This document shows, one piece after another, positions 51,762-61,170 of a stretch of DNA of 64,000 nt; the stretch's first letter is position 1, and every line of letters begins with the position of its first letter. This DNA comes from an uncultured Nitrospiraceae bacterium. GTDB lineage: Bacteria > Nitrospirota > Thermodesulfovibrionia > Thermodesulfovibrionales > SM23-35. The notes beneath the pieces were generated by a model, which ran no database searches, was not told the DNA's origin, and was given only the letters and a program-made list of their open reading frames with translations. The stretch covers positions 1,472,001 through 1,536,000 of the forward strand of contig CAVSHB010000001.1 of NCBI GenBank assembly GCA_963727775.1, in the 5' to 3' direction. The position numbers and the translations under genes are program-made.

Positions 51762-53139
51762 AATATTTTTAGTCGGTCAAAGCGCAATAAGAGATGATTA
51801 TGAGTATGCTTTAACATCTTCAGGATATAGTATCAGCAAGTTCTCTTCATTTGATAAGGTCATCCCCGGCTTGAAAGAAAATCCCGTTTTGTGCATCGTA
51901 GACAAGAAACTCGGAAATACTTCGTCTTTCAAAGAATTCCTCGCCGGATCAAAAACCATCCCCAAGATTATCATTTCAGATATCCACTCTTTTAAGGGTT
52001 TTACTCCATGGACAAAAGATACGCCGGCTTATCCTCTGTATTCGCCCGGAGATAGGGAACTAGTATATTTTGTTAAGAGAATACTTAACGAATATAAAAT
52101 GCTCGAAGAAAATAACAAATTAAAATACGGATTATCAACAGCGAAGCGCGAGCTGAATTTTTACGAAGAAGTGAACAAGTCCCTTACTTCATCATTGGAG
52201 CTGAAACACATTCTCGTAAAAATAATGGGAAAAGTCAAAGAGATGACAAGATCATACGCATGGTCCGTGTTTTTAATGGACCAGGAAACCGGAGACCTCG
52301 TTTTTGAGCACACAGATGTAAAGAAAATACGGAAATTCAGGCTAAAGATGGGCGAAGGGATTGCCGGCTGGGTTGCCCAGGAAGGGATACCCGTTGTTGT
52401 CCCCGATGTGTCCAAGGACGAACGGTTTTTAAGAAAGATAGATCAAGCCATCCATTTCAAGACCAAATCTTTGATGTGTGTTCCCATAAAAATCAATGAG
52501 CAGGTAATCGGTGTTATTGAGCTTGTTAACAAGAGCACGGGAGAACATTTCGTAAAGGAAGATCTCGACCTCCTGATGAAGTTCGTTGATCAGATTGCGA
52601 TCGCTATTGAACGGACGTCGTTGTACCAGAAGATGACGGAGCTGGCTATAACGGACGATCTCACAAAGCTCTTCAATACGCGTTACCTCAACAGGACCAT
52701 CGAGATCGAGATACAGCGCTCAAGCAGATACAACACATCTGTTTCATTGATCTTCATGGATATAGACTTTTTCAAGCGCATAAACGACCGATATGGCCAT
52801 CTCGTGGGAAGCAAAGTGTTGGTCGAGATAGGACAGCTTCTTATAAAGAGTCTCAGGGCTATTGACATAGTGGCGCGATATGGAGGAGACGAATTCGTTA
52901 TCGTGCTTCCACAGACCCACCCGGGCGCTGCAAAACAGATCGCAGAAAGGATGAGGAAATCCATTGAACAGAATACCTTCCTTAAGAAAGAAGGGTACGC
53001 GCTGAAGTTGACCGCAAGTTTTGGTGTGGCCTCATTCCCTGAAAGCGCAAAATCCAAGGAAGATCTTATAAGGCTTGCAGATGACGCGATGTACAGGGTG
53101 AAGTTTCAAACAAGAAATGCGGTTTATGCTATATTATAG
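51754..53139 (+). CDS. Diguanylate cyclase (degenerate REC, GAF, GGDEF)
   Basis: [38 protein letters not shown] overlaps the secA end. Confidence 0.93.
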   Translation: MPKIFLVGQSAIRDDYEYALTSSGYSISKFSSFDKVIPGLKENPVLCIVDKKLGNTSSFKEFLAGSKTIPKIIISDIHSFKGFTPWTKDTPAYPLYSPGDRELVYFVKRILNEYKMLEENNKLKYGLSTAKRELNFYEEVNKSLTSSLELKHILVKIMGKVKEMTRSYAWSVFLMDQETGDLVFEHTDVKKIRKFRLKMGEGIAGWVAQEGIPVVVPDVSKDERFLRKIDQAIHFKTKSLMCVPIKINEQVIGVIELVNKSTGEHFVKEDLDLLMKFVDQIAIAIERTSLYQKMTELAITDDLTKLFNTRYLNRTIEIEIQRSSRYNTSVSLIFMDIDFFKRINDRYGHLVGSKVLVEIGQLLIKSLRAIDIVARYGGDEFVIVLPQTHPGAAKQIAERMRKSIEQNTFLKKEGYALKLTASFGVASFPESAKSKEDLIRLADDAMYRVKFQTRNAVYAIL

Positions 53140-53141
53140 CG

Positions 53142-54218
53142 ATGGCGCTTTTTAATTATGCTACCAAAGAGATCACAATCAAAATCGTTTATTACGGCCC
53201 CGGACTGAGCGGCAAAACAACAAATCTTCAGTATCTGCATTCCATTTTTGATCCTTCCAAAAGGGGAAAGCTTTTGTCCCTTGCGACAGAGGCCGACAGG
53301 ACGCTCTTCTTTGATTTTTTGCCTGTAGAGCTGGGTAAAATAAGTGATTTTTCGATCCGTTTCCAACTATATACCGTACCGGGGCAGGTCAGATATAACG
53401 CAACGAGAAAACTCGTCCTTAAAGGGGCTGATGCTGTTATTTTTGTTGCAGACTCGCAGCGCGAGATGAAAGAGCAGAACATAGAGAGTCTGAAAAATAT
53501 GCACGAAAATCTTATTGCGAACAACATTGACCCTTATGAAATACCGGTCATCATGCAATACAACAAAAGGGACATAAAAAATATCCTGTCTGTAACTGAA
53601 TTAAACAAAGACCTTAACGAAGAAGGGAAACATGAATACCGAGAAGCAATAGCCATAGACGGGACAGGCGTTGAGGACACATTTAAGCGCATAACCAAAC
53701 TCGTGATCGAGGGTATTTCAAAAAAGCACAAGGTAAATATACAACCCGTCGAGGAATCTGCAGAACATGCCGCAAAAAGCGCCGTACGGGAAGAGATTGT
53801 TCATAAACCTGCACCGACAAAGCCTGAGCCAATAATCCCCGTGATCGAACCTTTACGATACGATGAACATCCGGGAACGGAAATAGAACGCTCCGTTTAT
53901 GATATGGCTGAAAACAAGAAGGAACCTTTACGATCGGTCATCGAAGAGCCCCACCCTGCTCCCATAAAAGGTGTTGTCGAACAAAGCGTAGAAATCAAGG
54001 AAGCGCCTGGTATATCCGTTGAAAAGCTTGACAAGATAACCAATAGCGTAACCGAGATGTCGCAAACCATAAGAGAATTAAAAAACATAATTTCAAGTGT
54101 TCACTCTGAAATGAAGGAGATGAAGAGGGACCAAAAAGAAATCAGCAGCATGCTCAGGACCTTGACAAACACTTTTGAAGACATAAGAATGAAGAAAAGC
54201 TGGTTCAGGTTTTCATAA
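53142..54218 (+). CDS. MglA-family small GTPase with C-terminal extension
   Basis: KIVYYGPGLSGKTTNL, DRTLFFDFLP, TVPGQV, NKRD; Pro/Glu linker plus coiled coil. Confidence 0.9.
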   Translation: MALFNYATKEITIKIVYYGPGLSGKTTNLQYLHSIFDPSKRGKLLSLATEADRTLFFDFLPVELGKISDFSIRFQLYTVPGQVRYNATRKLVLKGADAVIFVADSQREMKEQNIESLKNMHENLIANNIDPYEIPVIMQYNKRDIKNILSVTELNKDLNEEGKHEYREAIAIDGTGVEDTFKRITKLVIEGISKKHKVNIQPVEESAEHAAKSAVREEIVHKPAPTKPEPIIPVIEPLRYDEHPGTEIERSVYDMAENKKEPLRSVIEEPHPAPIKGVVEQSVEIKEAPGISVEKLDKITNSVTEMSQTIRELKNIISSVHSEMKEMKRDQKEISSMLRTLTNTFEDIRMKKSWFRFS

Positions 54219-54233
54219 ACTGAGCTGAACACC

Positions 54234-55718
54234 TCAAGCCATTTTCAGGGTATTTATCAGTGCTTCGGCTTTTTTCAATGTTTCAAAGTATTCCTTTTCC
54301 GGGTCCGAATCTGCGACAATACCTGCGCCTGCCTGGACATATGCTGTCCCGTCTTTTATGACAAACGTTCTTATGACTATATTCAAGTCCATATTTCCCG
54401 AGAAACCGACATACCCTATTGACCCTGTATAGGGACCTCGTCTTACAGGTTCAAGCTCATCTATGATTTCCATGCACCTGATTTTCGGAACGCCTGTTAT
54501 AGTCCCTCCGGGGAAGGCGGCCTTTATTGCGGCAAAGCAATCTTTCCCATATACAAGATCTCCGGTAACATTCGAAACTATATGGATGACGTGTGAATAA
54601 TCTTCTGTAATCATAAGCTCATCAACTCTTACCTTGCCGTACTCAGAAACCCTGCCGAGGTCATTCCTTTCGAGGTCTATCAGCATAATGTGCTCCGCCC
54701 TCTCCTTTTCATTCAAAAGCAACTCCGAGCGCATCATTTCATCTTCATCCCTGTCTTTGCCCCTAGGTCTTGTACCTGCAATAGGCCTTGTCTCGATCAC
54801 CCTGTCTTTGACTTTCAGTAATCTTTCAGGGGAAGAACTCACGATTTGGTAATCTCCGAAATCGACATATGCAGCAAAAGGAGACGGGTTTATGTTCCTA
54901 AGTATTTTATACAGAGGCCACGGGTCCTTTTTCATGAGATGCGCAGAGACCCTCTGAGAAAGGTTCGTCTGAAAGATATCACCTGCCGCAATATATTCTT
55001 TTGCCTTTTTTACAATATCCATATATGTTTTTTTTCTCATCTCGTAGACAATATCTATTTTTGTTTTGGATTTGACTTTTTCAATTTTTAATTTTAAATT
55101 AAACCTATTAACTGCCTCTGTTATCTTCTCGATCCCGCATGCCGCTTCATCATATTTTTCAGACCAATATGACGGTATGTAAGGTGTTTCACCTTTAACG
55201 CAATCTTTAACTCCAGGGCAAATTATGATCCAGCATTTTTTTAGTTTATGATCAAAGGCAATTAGTTTATCGATCATCAAAAAATGCGCATCAGGGAGGT
55301 TTATGTCATCTAATGCATTCCTCGGCAATCTTTCAAAATACTGTACAAAATCGTAACCGAAGACGCCGGCAAGACCGCCCTGAAAAGGCGGGAGCTGATG
55401 CACAGCAGATTGATGATATGCTCCTATAAGGTTTTTTAGCAGATTTATAGGTCTGGCTGAGGATAAAGTCATTTTCCTATCCGAATAGATCTCTATCAAC
55501 CCATTTTTTGCTTTAAATGTGAGAACGGGATCAAAGCCTATAAAAGAGTACCTTGCAATTTTTTCGGGACCCTTCACGCTTTCGAGCAGAAAACTTTTTG
55601 GCGATGCTATAGACTCATAGATAGAGTCTGGAGCCGCATACGGGAGTTCCTTGTAAAGTGGCGGTATACTCCCACTTTGCGCAATTTCTAAAAACTTCTT
55701 TTTCAAGGGTGCGATCAT
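54234..55718 (-). CDS. Chorismate-binding enzyme component I (PabB/TrpE family)
   Basis: LLES, ARYSFIG, SSSPERL, RPIAGT, KERAEHIMLIDLERND, FPGGTITGVPK. Confidence 0.92.
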   Translation of the reverse strand: MIAPLKKKFLEIAQSGSIPPLYKELPYAAPDSIYESIASPKSFLLESVKGPEKIARYSFIGFDPVLTFKAKNGLIEIYSDRKMTLSSARPINLLKNLIGAYHQSAVHQLPPFQGGLAGVFGYDFVQYFERLPRNALDDINLPDAHFLMIDKLIAFDHKLKKCWIIICPGVKDCVKGETPYIPSYWSEKYDEAACGIEKITEAVNRFNLKLKIEKVKSKTKIDIVYEMRKKTYMDIVKKAKEYIAAGDIFQTNLSQRVSAHLMKKDPWPLYKILRNINPSPFAAYVDFGDYQIVSSSPERLLKVKDRVIETRPIAGTRPRGKDRDEDEMMRSELLLNEKERAEHIMLIDLERNDLGRVSEYGKVRVDELMITEDYSHVIHIVSNVTGDLVYGKDCFAAIKAAFPGGTITGVPKIRCMEIIDELEPVRRGPYTGSIGYVGFSGNMDLNIVIRTFVIKDGTAYVQAGAGIVADSDPEKEYFETLKKAEALINTLKMA

Positions 55719-57907
55719 ATAATATGGAGTATAGCCTGAATAGAGTTTCCATGGCAAAATATATCACCGGGTTTTCCGTGAAAATACTGTGTACTCCATG
55801 GTTACAAATAAATAGTGCATCCCGCACAAAATGGTTAAAAAAAGACACAAAATGGTTAACACCTTCGTTTAAGCATCTGATATAATGCTCGAATCGTGTT
55901 TTGCAGCCTACCTTAATCTGAGAGGGGTTTTTTAGTGAAGCCGAAGTTTATTAGAGGGGACATAGTGCGCAAAATTGATGCCAGACTATTATTTCTATCC
56001 TTATTTATCTTTTTTGCTCCTTGCCCAATAGAGGCATCTGATCTCGGTCTTGAAAAAGACTTACAGGGGCGGCTGCAAGAAAGCAGTCTTATAATAGACA
56101 AAGCTTTAGGGAACCTCTCCTCGGGCAACTCCGTAGTAAATGATATAAACGGACTTAAGAAAGTTGCAGACAAAATCAGAAGCTTAGACTTTCTGCTCCA
56201 GGATAAGTTCAAGCAGAGCGAGCAAGACACACAGTCGAGGGGGGCGAAGGCCCTGGAGAGACAAAGAGACATGTCGGATGCTTACCGAGAGGCTTTGCAG
56301 GAATACCTGAGCCTTGTAGACGGTCTTCCCCCTAATGTAGCAGTCTCACAGCCCCAACTGGAAAATGTAGCAGCCTTCCTTAACAAGATCCTTCATAAGA
56401 AGAAAAGACCGCTCCTTGGCAGTCTTCCATACAGGAACCTGAATTATCCCTCCAAAGAACCAAATGCAGACCCTGCAATAAAGCCTGCATACAAAGGCGG
56501 CAACAAAGTTATAAGTCCTGACGATACTAAAGATACGGAAGAAGCCCCGATATCAGCGGAGATAGCGGACCTTGCACAATCATTAAACTGGAACCCGGTA
56601 TCTATATATGAATATGTGAAAAACAACATAGAGACAGAGTGGTACTGGGGGTGCATGAAAGGGGCTGAGGAGACATTAAGGCAGAAATCCGGCAACGACT
56701 GTGACCAAGCGACACTGCTGACTGCTTTGCTGAGGTCTTCCGGTTTTCCATCGAGGTATGTGAGGGGAACAATAGCATTCTTCGCCGGCAAAAATGCGCC
56801 TATCACAAAGGTAAGGAACCTTTTGGGAATCGACGATCCCTGGAAAATAGCAGAATTCTTCCAGAAGGCCGGTATCCCAAATAAGCCGATCATAGCGGGT
56901 GGGACGATATCCAATTTTCAGATAGAGCATATATGGGTGGAAAGCCAGATACCTTATGCGAACTATCGTGGGGCTATGATCGATCAACAGGGCAAGACCT
57001 GGCTCGGACTTGATACCAGTATAAAGGTAAAGGACTACCAGTACAATAATCCGCTGGATATTCTGCAGGAGATGTCTTTCTCAAACATAAGAGATGAATA
57101 TTTGGGTACAATACAGACACGGACGCCTTTGGAATATATAGAATCAAATGTGCAGGCTTATCTGACACAAAACCATCCTGATAAAACATACAGCGATCTA
57201 TTGCAATCAAAGACACTCACCCCTGAGGTCATGAACATCCTTCCGGCGAGCATGCAGTTCGACCAACCGAGTATAACCCATGAATATACCGCGATACCCG
57301 ATGAGCTCAAACATAACATAAAATTCACAGCAACAGACGTAAACAACAATGAATTGTTCAGTGTAATCATTGACACTCTGAACCTCTCGAACCAGCAGAC
57401 AGCCATAAGTTACGAACCTGAGACAGTGGAAGACCAGCAGATTATCGATTCCTATGGAGGGCTGGACAACACGCCCGCTTACTTAGTGAGACTGAGACCT
57501 GTATTAAAGGTAAACGAAGAGATGGTGGTTGCAGGTAAATCCGGATTGCCGATGGGCACAGATTACAACCTCACCATCGAGCTCATCTCGCCGGGTGGAG
57601 ATGAAAAGATAACAACCGCCCATATAATAGGGAATGTCTCAGCGATAGCGATAGCTGCTCAAAAAGTCATAAAACCGGAACAAATCCCTATGGAAGAAAA
57701 AGACGCAGAGAGGCTTCTGTATGAAGAGGCAAGCAACCATATCGATCGCTGGAACCAGGCTGAGGAAGAACTTGCATCACTCATCCATCTTTCTTTCACG
57801 AGACCGGTCCCAACCGTTGTAACTGATACTGATTAAGGCCCCCCTGAACCATACCCGAATCAGGTATGATTCAGGAACCGAAATCATTTACCAAAAGGAG
57901 GCCTCAA

Positions 57908-58954
57908 ATGAGATTTTACATCAAGCAGCACAAATTTTACTGCGGTATCGATCTTCACGCAAGGACTATGTACCTTTGCATCCTCAACCAGGAAGGAAAG
58001 ATCGTCCTGCATAGGGACATCAAGACAGACCCCGACATCTTTCTCAAGACGATCGCGCCATATCGTGAGGACATCGTAGTTGCCGTTGAGTGCATCTTCA
58101 CCTGGTACTGGCTCGCCGATCTCTGCTGTAAAGAGAATATTTCCTTCGTCCTTGGCCATGCTCTCTATATGAAAGCCATCCATGGCGGCAAAGCCAAGAA
58201 CGACAAAATAGACGCATATAAGATAGCAGCCCTGCTTCGGGGCGGCATGATGCCCATGGCCTATGTTTATCCTTCCGATATGCGCTCCACCAGAGATCTG
58301 CTCAGGCGGCGCACTCACCTCGCAAGAAAAAGGGCTGAACTCATTGCCCATATCCAAAACACCAATCACCAGTATAACTTCGCCGATATGGGAAGGATCG
58401 CAAGGAAATGCGACAGAATCAAAGTAGGCGTTGCCGACCGCTTCACCGATCCCAGCGTACAAAAAAGCATAGAGCTCGATATCACCCTTATCGAGCATTA
58501 CGATAAACTCCTAAACCATCTCGAACATGAACTCTCTCTTATTGCGAAAGTGCATGATGCCGATTCCTATTTCCGCCTCCGCTCTATTCCAGGCGTCGGA
58601 AGGATCCTCGGCCTCACCATCCTCTATGAGATACATGATATCAACCGCTTCCCTCGCGTACAGGATTTTGTCTCATACTGCAGACTGGTGAAATCCGCCA
58701 AGGAGTCGGCTGGGAAAATAATCGGGGCATCCGGCAAGAAGATCGGCAATGCCCATCTGAAATGGGCCTTTTCCGAAGTTGCTGTGCTTTTCCTCAGGAG
58801 AAACCCAGAAGCCGTAAAATACCGCGCAAAGCTGGAGCGAAAGCACGGCAAGGCAAAGTCTCTGACCATCCTTGCTCATAAGCTTGCAAGGGCTGTCTAT
58901 AATATCCTCAAGAAAAAGGAGGTGTTTAATCCTAAAGTATTCTTTGCGAAATAA
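57908..58954 (+). CDS. IS110-family DEDD recombinase/transposase
   Basis: GIDLH, VEC, KNDKID, SIPGVG, ESAGK, GNAHLKWAF, LAHKLAR; RBS AAGGAGG. Confidence 0.95.
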   Translation: MRFYIKQHKFYCGIDLHARTMYLCILNQEGKIVLHRDIKTDPDIFLKTIAPYREDIVVAVECIFTWYWLADLCCKENISFVLGHALYMKAIHGGKAKNDKIDAYKIAALLRGGMMPMAYVYPSDMRSTRDLLRRRTHLARKRAELIAHIQNTNHQYNFADMGRIARKCDRIKVGVADRFTDPSVQKSIELDITLIEHYDKLLNHLEHELSLIAKVHDADSYFRLRSIPGVGRILGLTILYEIHDINRFPRVQDFVSYCRLVKSAKESAGKIIGASGKKIGNAHLKWAFSEVAVLFLRRNPEAVKYRAKLERKHGKAKSLTILAHKLARAVYNILKKKEVFNPKVFFAK

Positions 58955-58956
58955 AG

Positions 58957-59220
58957 CTGGGACCGGGTGAGCCTGTTCGTCTAACTGGCGCCATTAGGGT
59001 GAAGTCCGATAGATGCTCGTAAACATCATATGTTTGCAGCTTCGACTGCCCTTCGATCATCCTGGAATATTATGCCCGGCGCAAATACGCTTTGATTAGG
59101 ACATCCGGTCCCTCATAACATATAAAGATTGTTAAGGTTCTGTCCCTTACCCGAGCCTGATACTAACTGGATGAGGCCACTGACCTGAACCAGACCTTTG
59201 AATAGGACGGTACAAGGGTA
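58957..59220 (+). ncRNA. Putative bridge/seek RNA of the IS1111-type element
   Basis: Two stem-closed modules, each GAGCC-[variable]-TAACTGG...CTTTGAnTAGGAC; variable parts match target (CTGTT) and donor (TGATACT). Confidence 0.65.
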
Positions 59221-59231
59221 CTAAATTGTTT

Positions 59232-60314
59232 CTAGTGTAGTGTCCCACTAACGGCTTTACAATGAACGACCTTTTCCAAGATGGCATCGACCTTTTTCGT
59301 CCAGACAAACGGCTTGGGACTCTCGTTGTTGATCTGGATGAAGTCTTCTATTGCAGCAACAAGTTCCGAAACACTGCGAAAAACTCCACAGCGAATGCGT
59401 TTCCGTGTGATCTCTCCGAACCATCTCTCCACCAGATTCAACCATGAGGAACTGGTCGGCGTGAAATGAAGGTGAAATCGGGGATGTTTTTTCAGCCATG
59501 CTTTAACCTTGGGATGGTTGTGCGTACCATAATTATCCAGAATCATATGGACGCCCAATTCCGAGGGTACGGTGGCGTCGATCTGTCGCAGGAATTTCCG
59601 AAATTCGATGTTGCGATGCCTCGGATAACAGGAGCCAATAACTTTTCCCTCCAGCACATTCAACGCCGCGAACAGACACGTAGTGCCATTGCGCTTATAG
59701 TCATGGGTCATGGTTCGGCAGCGCCCTTTCTTCATCGGCAAGCCGGGTTGTGTCCGATCCAACGCTTGAACTTGGCTCTTCTCGTCAACACACAGCACCA
59801 CCGCCTTGTCCGGCGGATTCAAGTACACTCCCACCACGTCCGTCAGTTTTTCAACAAACCGCTTGTCCTTGGATAACTTGAATGTCTCAACGCGATGAGG
59901 CTGAAGACCGTGCGCGTCCCATATACGTTGCACCGTGGACTTGCCGACTCCCTGAGCCCTTGCCATCGAACGCACCGACCACTGCGTGGCATCGCGAGGT
60001 GTCGTGTGGAGAGTCGCTTCGACAATGGCCTTCACCCGGTCCGGCGGAAGAGCCTGTGGACTCGGGCCATGGGGTGCGTCCTCGGCCAATCCCATCGGTC
60101 CATGCTCTTCGAAACGTTTGCGCCATTGGATTACTGTCGGGCGGGAGGTGGACAGTTGGGCCGCGATAGCGTTGTTCGACAAGCCATCCGCCGCCAAAAG
60201 ACAAATACTCGCTCGCAGTACTGCTCGCTGAGGGCTGGTCTTAGCCCGTTTCCAAGCTTCCAATGTCCTGCGCTGCTCTTTTGTCATCTCCAGAACTTCT
60301 GCTTTTTCCCACAT
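59232..60314 (-). CDS. IS630 transposase
   Basis: VDEKSQVQAL, THDYKRNGT, ILDNYGTH, SSWLNLVERWF; stop codon uses the target TAG. Confidence 0.95.
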   Translation of the reverse strand: MWEKAEVLEMTKEQRRTLEAWKRAKTSPQRAVLRASICLLAADGLSNNAIAAQLSTSRPTVIQWRKRFEEHGPMGLAEDAPHGPSPQALPPDRVKAIVEATLHTTPRDATQWSVRSMARAQGVGKSTVQRIWDAHGLQPHRVETFKLSKDKRFVEKLTDVVGVYLNPPDKAVVLCVDEKSQVQALDRTQPGLPMKKGRCRTMTHDYKRNGTTCLFAALNVLEGKVIGSCYPRHRNIEFRKFLRQIDATVPSELGVHMILDNYGTHNHPKVKAWLKKHPRFHLHFTPTSSSWLNLVERWFGEITRKRIRCGVFRSVSELVAAIEDFIQINNESPKPFVWTKKVDAILEKVVHCKAVSGTLH

Positions 60315-60371
60315 GCCATATAGCTTACCATGACAACTAATCATTGTCCAGCTTTTAGTGGGACAGTACAC
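59235..60371 (-). mobile_element. IS630-family element (1137 bp)
   Basis: IR GTGTA(G/C)TGTCCCACTAA at both ends; TA duplication at 59233-34 and 60372-73. Confidence 0.95.
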
Positions 60372-61018
60372 TAGGTCGTGGAGAACAAGGGCAATTGCTC
60401 TCTCCACTGTCGCCGGGGATAGAGATTGTGAAAACAGTTCTCTTTCTCATGGCTATTGAACCTCGATAAGTGTTTGGTGCAGACATTGATCTAACGCCGC
60501 ATTTGAAACCAAGTCAGAGCTGGCGATGGTCTTTTAAAAAAAAGAAATAGAATTTTATTTTATTTCCGATCAGGATCGTTTTTTCTCTTGACAGGGCAGG
60601 GCCTTATAAGTGTTGGAGGAGTGATAGATGTCACCTATGTTCTTGATACCCCGCATGGATACGAATGGAAAGGCGTCTTTGCAGACGCAAATCTGAGAGC
60701 GATGGAAGTAACCCCCTCTCACTCCCCCTTACCCCAAGGTGGAGAAGGCGATAGACAAAAGACATTCATGCAGCTTTCTGCATTGCAGGGGTCTATCCTT
60801 GAGAACAGGATATTTGAGGACGATTTTCAGGTGGAGTCGATCTCGACGGCAAAGCTATTTGAAATTGTAAACACTAATCTGCCTCCGACCCCAATTATAA
60901 CAATAGACAAAACCAACGTAGATAGTATGCTTCCAAGCCTTCCTTTCGATGAACAGATAAAAACGGACATTACAAATGCTGTAAACCAAAATCTAAACGT
61001 AAAGATTCCGCAATCGGA

Positions 61019-61170
61019 TGTAAATAAACGAGCGCCGCACCATGCGCGTCGCTCGTTACGACACCACAGGGCGTTTACCCTGTGGGTCGGCAAGGGTCTT
61101 CGCTTCGCTCCGATGCCCTGCACCCCGACGACGCAAGGTTCCCGTGGCAGAGACCACGGGGTGTTTTAAT
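61019..61170. mobile_element. ~152-bp GC-rich multi-hairpin non-autonomous insertion
   Basis: Interrupts KIPQS|..|INYQDW and shifts the frame; stems at 61027-57, 61064-85, 61086-129 and 61141-60; exact ends ambiguous. Confidence 0.65.

Larger units (their letters stand above)
57826..60612 (+). mobile_element. IS110-family (IS1111-type) element containing a nested IS630
   Basis: Subterminal IR TAAGGCCC/GGGCCTTA; shared TG core at 57824-25 and 60611-12; excision restores GTA ACT GTT GGA (VTVG); long non-coding region downstream of tnp. Confidence 0.9.

Noticed and set aside
60315..60407. N-terminal extension of the IS630 transposase in the ORF track
   Set aside because: It crosses the element's inverted repeat; ATG 60314 lies inside the element
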